This document shows positions 8,107-12,623 of a stretch of DNA of 12,623 bases, piece by piece. The position numbers and the translations under genes were made by a program. Below the pieces are notes generated by a model. The model made no database searches. It saw only the letters and a list, made by a program, of their open reading frames with translations, and had not been told where the DNA came from. The DNA is from Promethearchaeota archaeon (lineage in GTDB: Archaea; Asgardarchaeota; Lokiarchaeia; Sigyniarchaeales; SOKP01): the NCBI GenBank assembly GCA_048941265.1, contig JBHLNT010000119.1, positions 1 to 12,623 on the forward strand. Direction: 5' to 3'. The first letter of the stretch is position 1, and the number at the start of each line of letters is the position of its first letter.

Positions 8107-9279
8107 CTAAAAAAAATTATCAATCGACATTAATGGGTTCTTAAATTTCTGATATATTCTTACTCCTACTAGAGGTAAAATTTCACATATAATCCTACTT
8201 ATGCATTTTTCATCAATTTTACACGATTTTACAGGTTTAATTCCTTTTAGTAATAAGAATAAGATTGGTACTTTGGGATCAGAGGGTGCCAAATTAGTTC
8301 TTAAATTTTTTAATAAATTTTCTAATTTCTGAACAATAAAATTGTTCATTTTTTCCTTGTCTTTAAATTGTGCGTTGAAGTAGATGGTTTTCCAAATATA
8401 TTTTCTGTTATTTAACCTAATCGGATAAACCTGTTTAATAAATTTGTTCTTATTTGAAACTTTTACAAAAAAAATCCCTCGTTTATATGAAAAATCAGCT
8501 GAACAAGCAGCTTCAGAAGAACCAGGATTATATATCCAATCCTCTAAAATAAATTGAAGATGAAAATGACCTAAAGCTAAATAATCTACGCGATCCTTTA
8601 AAATTTGTACTTTCTGAAAATCAATTCCAGGTACATTTTCCATTTGACCTTGAATACCAAAATGTTGTAGTAAAATATGAAACAATCCATCGTCCACCTT
8701 AATTGCATCTCTAATTTTAAGGAGATATTCTTCTGGTTTTTGACCAAGATATCGCGTCCCATATATCATGGCAGATTTAACTTGTATTTTCCCCCCTTTT
8801 TTTAATGTAAAATCATAGTTCGAAAAAATTTGTTCTGGGGGGTCCTCAATATTCCCGTCGAGAAGTATTACCAATCCTAAACTTGCTAGGAATTTCAACC
8901 AAGATTGACCATGATTAACATTAGTACCTTTTGAATATTTTCTAATATCATGGTTTCCTTCAATTGTGATAATAGGAATCGATCCTTTGGTAGTACTTTT
9001 GAAATCTCTCAAAATATTAACAATTTTTGTTAATTGTTCTGGCAATACTTCAAGCGAAGTAAAAACATCACCCCCTAATATTATAAACTCGACTCTTTTA
9101 CTTATGGCAAGAGTTAAGATCTCTTGAAATGCTCGAATATAGTCATCAGCACGATGAGGATTGCGATATTGTTGACAACCAAGATGAATATCGCTCGCAT
9201 GTATGAATTTAAATGAGGAAATATTAGATAACGAGCTTTTTAACTTATGAAAGTTAGTTTCACTTGTCATAGAATTCAA
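8107..9279 (-). CDS. mre11: Mre11/SbcD-family DNA repair nuclease (metallophosphoesterase)
   Basis: All five phosphoesterase motifs are present: HASDIHLG, GGDVF, GNHD, LQH, GHFH, plus YNPGS. Likely start is ATG 9270. It may be a paralog rather than the canonical mre11. Confidence 0.85.
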   Translation of the reverse strand: MNSMTSETNFHKLKSSLSNISSFKFIHASDIHLGCQQYRNPHRADDYIRAFQEILTLAISKRVEFIILGGDVFTSLEVLPEQLTKIVNILRDFKSTTKGSIPIITIEGNHDIRKYSKGTNVNHGQSWLKFLASLGLVILLDGNIEDPPEQIFSNYDFTLKKGGKIQVKSAMIYGTRYLGQKPEEYLLKIRDAIKVDDGLFHILLQHFGIQGQMENVPGIDFQKVQILKDRVDYLALGHFHLQFILEDWIYNPGSSEAACSADFSYKRGIFFVKVSNKNKFIKQVYPIRLNNRKYIWKTIYFNAQFKDKEKMNNFIVQKLENLLKNLRTNLAPSDPKVPILFLLLKGIKPVKSCKIDEKCISRIICEILPLVGVRIYQKFKNPLMSIDNFF

Positions 9280-9460
9280 TGATGGGTGTAACCTATATAA
9301 AAACGAAATCCCTGTTAAAATAGTAATAGTTATATTGAATTAAAGACTTTTATCTCAACTCTTTTTCAATTTTTCCCGTCTTTCTTTGCCATTTTTTTCT
9401 CCTAATATGAGTTGCACTTTGCATAAAAAATGAATTCTAACAAAATAATTTTAAAAAATC

Positions 9461-9479
9461 AAAAAAAAAGAAAAAAAAA
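9461..9479 (-). terminator. Oligo-T terminator after cdhC
   Basis: A9-G-A9 on the + strand reads as two T9 tracts on the - strand, about 20-40 nt downstream of the cdhC stop. Confidence 0.55.
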
Positions 9480-9500
9480 TTTCAAAAGGTAATTGATTTA

Positions 9501-10934
9501 TTATTTCTTTCTGCCTTTAGGCTCGATTTTTTTAATTATAATCGAATCCGCGTGAATTTTACAATTTTTTAGGATTACTTTAAATCCACCAACACCACCA
9601 GCACCAGGAATAGTCATCCCTACAGTTCCCATGGGAACCATAGCACCTTCTTCTTCCCATTCTTCCTCTTCTTCTTCCCCTCCGACTGCAGCTTTAAAGC
9701 CCTCAGTTTCCATAATTGGATGTTCTACTTTTATTATCCAATCCCTTAATTCGTTAATGTCATTAGCCTCATTCTCAGTCGCAATTTTATCAACTAAATC
9801 AGCTGGAAGAAATTCCGCTACTCTTTCTTTAACTGAAGAAGCCATCCAAACAACTGTTTCTATTCCACTCTTTAAACCATCCTTAATACCATCGTATAAT
9901 TGATATTTGGGTGAAATTATATACTGAAAGCTAATACCATTAAATCCAGGCATTTGTTTTCCCCCACCCGTCTGATTAGCCATTGCACTGAACGGTAATC
10001 CATTTATTGCTACATCACCATAACTTCTATCAACAATACCATGACCATTTACTTCAGGTATATAAAAATCAATCGCTTCAAAACAACCACAGGAAGTATG
10101 AGGGTATTCCATTCCCGAATAAAGATATATTCTATCTATTTCTCCTAGCGAACGTTTCTTTAATGTTTCATTTACTCCTGTAAATTCACCAGCCAATTCA
10201 TTTAAGCATTCACCCGGTTTTACTTCAAAAAGAGGTCCTTTCGGGTCTACGCGAGATGCTGCTCTTGCGTCAAACCAAGATATCGAACCACACAAACTCA
10301 TTCGATTTGGAGTAATGATACAAGCATGTGTAGGTGCGAATGATTGACAAAGGACACACCCATAATACATATCCACATCTTCATCATTTATGCTCCGAGC
10401 CCTCTCATCTCTTGCGTTATATACGCTCATTGCCATTTCATATGGCTTTTCTATTTCTTTGGGATCAGTTATGATTGTAACCATTGCTTTCTTTATAATT
10501 GGTAATTCTGCTTTATATAGTCTAATTAGTACAGTGCCTAGCATTTCGAATGAATTAAAGCCTTTTTCAAATGCAGATTTAGAAATTCTCATCCAATTTG
10601 TATACCTTTGGTTAAGATGCATAATTCCATTAACAAAATTGCAAAATTCATGAACTCGCCTTTCGAAAACGGCTTCCAAGTCTTCTTCTAACTCTGGGCC
10701 AGCAACTTCCACTAGAATACCAATTGGATGGGTTGACCCCTCTTCCATATCCTTAAGATCGGGACCAATTATTTTAATTTGTCCATCTTTAATTTCTTTA
10801 TCTGGCTTCACACGTACGAGTTCAAAATGCTTTTCCATCTTAGGTCCACCGAGTTCTACGTACATTTGCTTTGCACGTATTCGTTCCCCCTCATAAACTG
10901 GTCCTACATCCACAGGGATATCTGAAAAACTCAT
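9501..10934 (-). CDS. cdhC: Acetyl-CoA decarbonylase/synthase (CODH/ACS) complex beta subunit, acetyl-CoA synthase
   Basis: N-terminus PVDVGPVYEGERIR..MYVELGGPK, ERRVHEF.N...GIMHLNQR, A-cluster cysteines GCVLCQSFAPTH, SLCG, HTSCGCFE, and the archaeal C-terminal GGFKVILKNCKIHAD motif after an acidic linker. GAGGAG SD upstream. Confidence 0.97.
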   Translation of the reverse strand: MSFSDIPVDVGPVYEGERIRAKQMYVELGGPKMEKHFELVRVKPDKEIKDGQIKIIGPDLKDMEEGSTHPIGILVEVAGPELEEDLEAVFERRVHEFCNFVNGIMHLNQRYTNWMRISKSAFEKGFNSFEMLGTVLIRLYKAELPIIKKAMVTIITDPKEIEKPYEMAMSVYNARDERARSINDEDVDMYYGCVLCQSFAPTHACIITPNRMSLCGSISWFDARAASRVDPKGPLFEVKPGECLNELAGEFTGVNETLKKRSLGEIDRIYLYSGMEYPHTSCGCFEAIDFYIPEVNGHGIVDRSYGDVAINGLPFSAMANQTGGGKQMPGFNGISFQYIISPKYQLYDGIKDGLKSGIETVVWMASSVKERVAEFLPADLVDKIATENEANDINELRDWIIKVEHPIMETEGFKAAVGGEEEEEEWEEEGAMVPMGTVGMTIPGAGGVGGFKVILKNCKIHADSIIIKKIEPKGRKK

Positions 10935-11007
10935 ATTTTATAACTCCTCACTTTTTTTTCAATATTTTTAATTTATTTGTTGATTTATAAATTTTCAATT
11001 ATTTATT

Positions 11008-11544
11008 TTATAGGTTTTCAATGATTTTTTCCAAATATTCTTTCCATTCAGAGTTGCTTATATTTGGTAGGCTGAATCTTGCGTTAGGATGAGCGTATTT
11101 GTCTAGATCGATTGTTCGTACCCAATTTGTAAAGTTTTTTAACCGACTTAAAGTTTGACTTACATAATAAACAATGTGCCCGCCAAAAATAGCCATAGCA
11201 TATTGTCCCTTCCCATCGAGACCTTTCCAGTTTTTATCGCTTAGTCTATCTGTAATATTGATTAAAGACATGTCAGTTAGCAGATTTTCATCAATTTTAT
11301 CCTTTAAAAATTTATGAACATGTCCAGTCGCAATTACGGGGCATTTAAGTTTTTCGGCAATTTCTACGAAATAATCTAACGCTAATTTTCCATTAAGCGT
11401 CATATTTTTGGTTAATGATTCCGAGCCAATGACAAACACTTTTTTCTTCGGAGACTTTAAAAGATTCGCCATTACTACTGGATCGGGAACTGTTGTTCCC
11501 ATTTCTGGTCCAGGTATGTTTGCTTTTTGGTATGGTCTTGCCAT
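11008..11544 (-). CDS. cdhB: CODH/ACS complex epsilon subunit
   Basis: PYQKANIPGP N-terminus, WKGLDGKGQY, YYVSQTLSRLKNF and LDKYAHPNARFS are typical of CdhB. It lies directly upstream of cdhC. Confidence 0.92.
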   Translation of the reverse strand: MARPYQKANIPGPEMGTTVPDPVVMANLLKSPKKKVFVIGSESLTKNMTLNGKLALDYFVEIAEKLKCPVIATGHVHKFLKDKIDENLLTDMSLINITDRLSDKNWKGLDGKGQYAMAIFGGHIVYYVSQTLSRLKNFTNWVRTIDLDKYAHPNARFSLPNISNSEWKEYLEKIIENL

Positions 11545-11580
11545 AATTAATCAATTTCGACTCTTTTTTTAAATAATTGC

Positions 11581-11588
11581 TATATAAA
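11581..11588 (-). promoter_or_regulatory. Putative TATA box (TTTATATA) for cdhB-cdhC
   Basis: Reads TTTATATA on the - strand, about 37 bp upstream of the cdhB ATG. The background is AT-rich, so certainty is moderate. Confidence 0.45.
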
Positions 11589-11634
11589 TTGTATAGTTTT
11601 GAAAATTGTACCTAATTAAAAAACATTATTTTTA

Positions 11635-11669
11635 ACAGTAAATTCAAAATAACACAGTTAATTCAAAAT
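11635..11669. repeat. Direct repeat ACAGT(A/T)AATTCAAAAT x2
   Basis: Copies at 11635-11650 and 11654-11669 are 15/16 identical with a 19-bp period, in the cdhB/cooT divergent intergenic region. Confidence 0.7.
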
Positions 11670-11788
11670 TATAAGTATCGATATTAAATAAAAAAACTGA
11701 AATATTCAAAAAAAAATAATTTCTTTGAATGATTAGTTTAATTAAAACTAAATTATTGATAACAAAAATGGGAGGGATATAAATAGCA

Positions 11789-12088
11789 ATGTGTGAATTC
11801 AAGATTGTGCGAAAAAATGATGGTTCTCAAATAATGGAGGATATTGTAATTATAAATTATACAGAAGATAATGAAATTGTATTTAAGGATGTGTTAGGAA
11901 TGGCCGAAATAGTAAAATCTGCATTGATTTTGGATGTAAACACTATGAATCAGACATTAATTATAGTGGAACATCCGATAATCAAGAACTTTATTGGATT
12001 GATGAGAAATTTAACTGATAAAAATAAAACAAAAGAAATGATAGAAGATATTATCAGTCAGCTTAATGCATTAAAAAAATCTCTTTAA
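11789..12088 (+). CDS. cooT: CooT-family nickel-binding CODH/ACS maturation protein with C-terminal helical extension
   Basis: N-terminal MCE (Cys2 is the Ni ligand in CooT), IMEDIV, DVLG pattern. GGGAGG SD upstream, and it is adjacent to cdhB/cdhC. Confidence 0.8.
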   Translation: MCEFKIVRKNDGSQIMEDIVIINYTEDNEIVFKDVLGMAEIVKSALILDVNTMNQTLIIVEHPIIKNFIGLMRNLTDKNKTKEMIEDIISQLNALKKSL

Positions 12089-12165
12089 GTAAATTTTAAA
12101 ATAAAAATTAAAAAAAAAGAATCAAGAATATTTCCTGATTTTCTCCTGAATCTTATTTGTGTAGT

Positions 12166-12468
12166 TTATTTTTTTGGCGGCAAGATTTCGATTTCCATGC
12201 TTGAAACATTACTTTTCGATCCATCTCTATTAGTTATTTCTTCTGAATCGATTAAAACCTCACCATAATTGGCACCTTTAATGAAATTATTCCTTAGAAT
12301 TTCAGCAACATCAACAGCTCGACTAATAGATTTACCTCTTGCGAGTAGTCTAACTGGTCGGTTATCATTTAGAATAACCATTGCCGCTAGGACATAATTA
12401 ATGGATCTTTTTTTGCCAATAAAAACCTTTGAGTCATCTTTTATCTGCTTTTTAGCCAAAATTGACAC
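12166..12468 (-). CDS. albA: DNA/RNA-binding chromatin protein Alba
   Basis: VFIGKK..NYV, LARGKSISRAVDVAE and SNVSSMEIEI are hallmark Alba motifs. The start is either GTG 12468 or TTG 12459, in which case AGGTG serves as SD. Confidence 0.93.
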   Translation of the reverse strand: MSILAKKQIKDDSKVFIGKKRSINYVLAAMVILNDNRPVRLLARGKSISRAVDVAEILRNNFIKGANYGEVLIDSEEITNRDGSKSNVSSMEIEILPPKK

Positions 12469-12623
12469 CTTTTTTCCATGAGTATTTAACTATTCAAAAT
12501 TCTCCTTTCGAAATTTTTCCAATTTTCTATCTGCTAATTTATTAAAACAATTATCTTTAGATAATTAATTTTTATAAACTTAGATTTTGTTTAAAGATTT
12601 TGTTATTTTAAGTTTTTGTAAAA

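Noticed and set aside
9330-9392. Selenoprotein via UGA readthrough
   Set aside because: The product would be only 20 aa with no redox motif, and no SECIS-like hairpin is recognisable downstream.
9501-9690. Acidic/Gly-rich low-complexity tail of CdhC as a novel domain
   Set aside because: An acidic linker plus the terminal KVILKNxKI motif is a known feature of archaeal ACDS beta subunits.
9631-10653. Plus-strand ORFs 9631-9903 and 10390-10653
   Set aside because: Antisense shadows of cdhC; the poly-Ser mirrors its poly-Glu linker.
281-12468. Functional link between pncB (NAD salvage) and Alba via Sir2 deacetylation
   Set aside because: The genes are more than 10 kb apart with unrelated genes between them, and no sirtuin or acetyltransferase is present in the window.

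Overview
AT-rich archaeal chromosomal segment with no mobile element, CRISPR array or RNA gene recognised. It carries archaeal-type ACDS subunits, Alba, TATA-like promoters and oligo-T terminators. The gene content and style suggest an Asgard (Lokiarchaeia-like) anaerobe, but that assignment is inference. Fourteen probable CDSs, in order: nicotinate phosphoribosyltransferase (pncB), a polytopic membrane protein, a HeH/Rho-N + SWIM zinc finger + putative OB-fold protein, a coupled HadA/HadB-like MaoC hot-dog pair, a 68-aa orphan, a HEAT-repeat protein, an epoxide-hydrolase-type alpha/beta hydrolase, a 154-aa acidic-tailed orphan, an Mre11/SbcD nuclease without an adjacent rad50, cdhC and cdhB (without cdhA/D/E), a divergent cooT with a C-terminal extension, and alba. 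The main leads are: (1) the 154-aa orphan ends in an acidic tether plus YYI, a HbYX-type motif, making it a candidate new 20S proteasome partner; (2) the three-domain SWIM protein could be a DNA repair or recombination factor; (3) the MaoC subunit lacks the canonical catalytic Asp; (4) the orphan Mre11 has a PIP-like C-terminus; (5) the ACDS operon is split, with a direct-repeat site in the cdhB/cooT divergent promoter.
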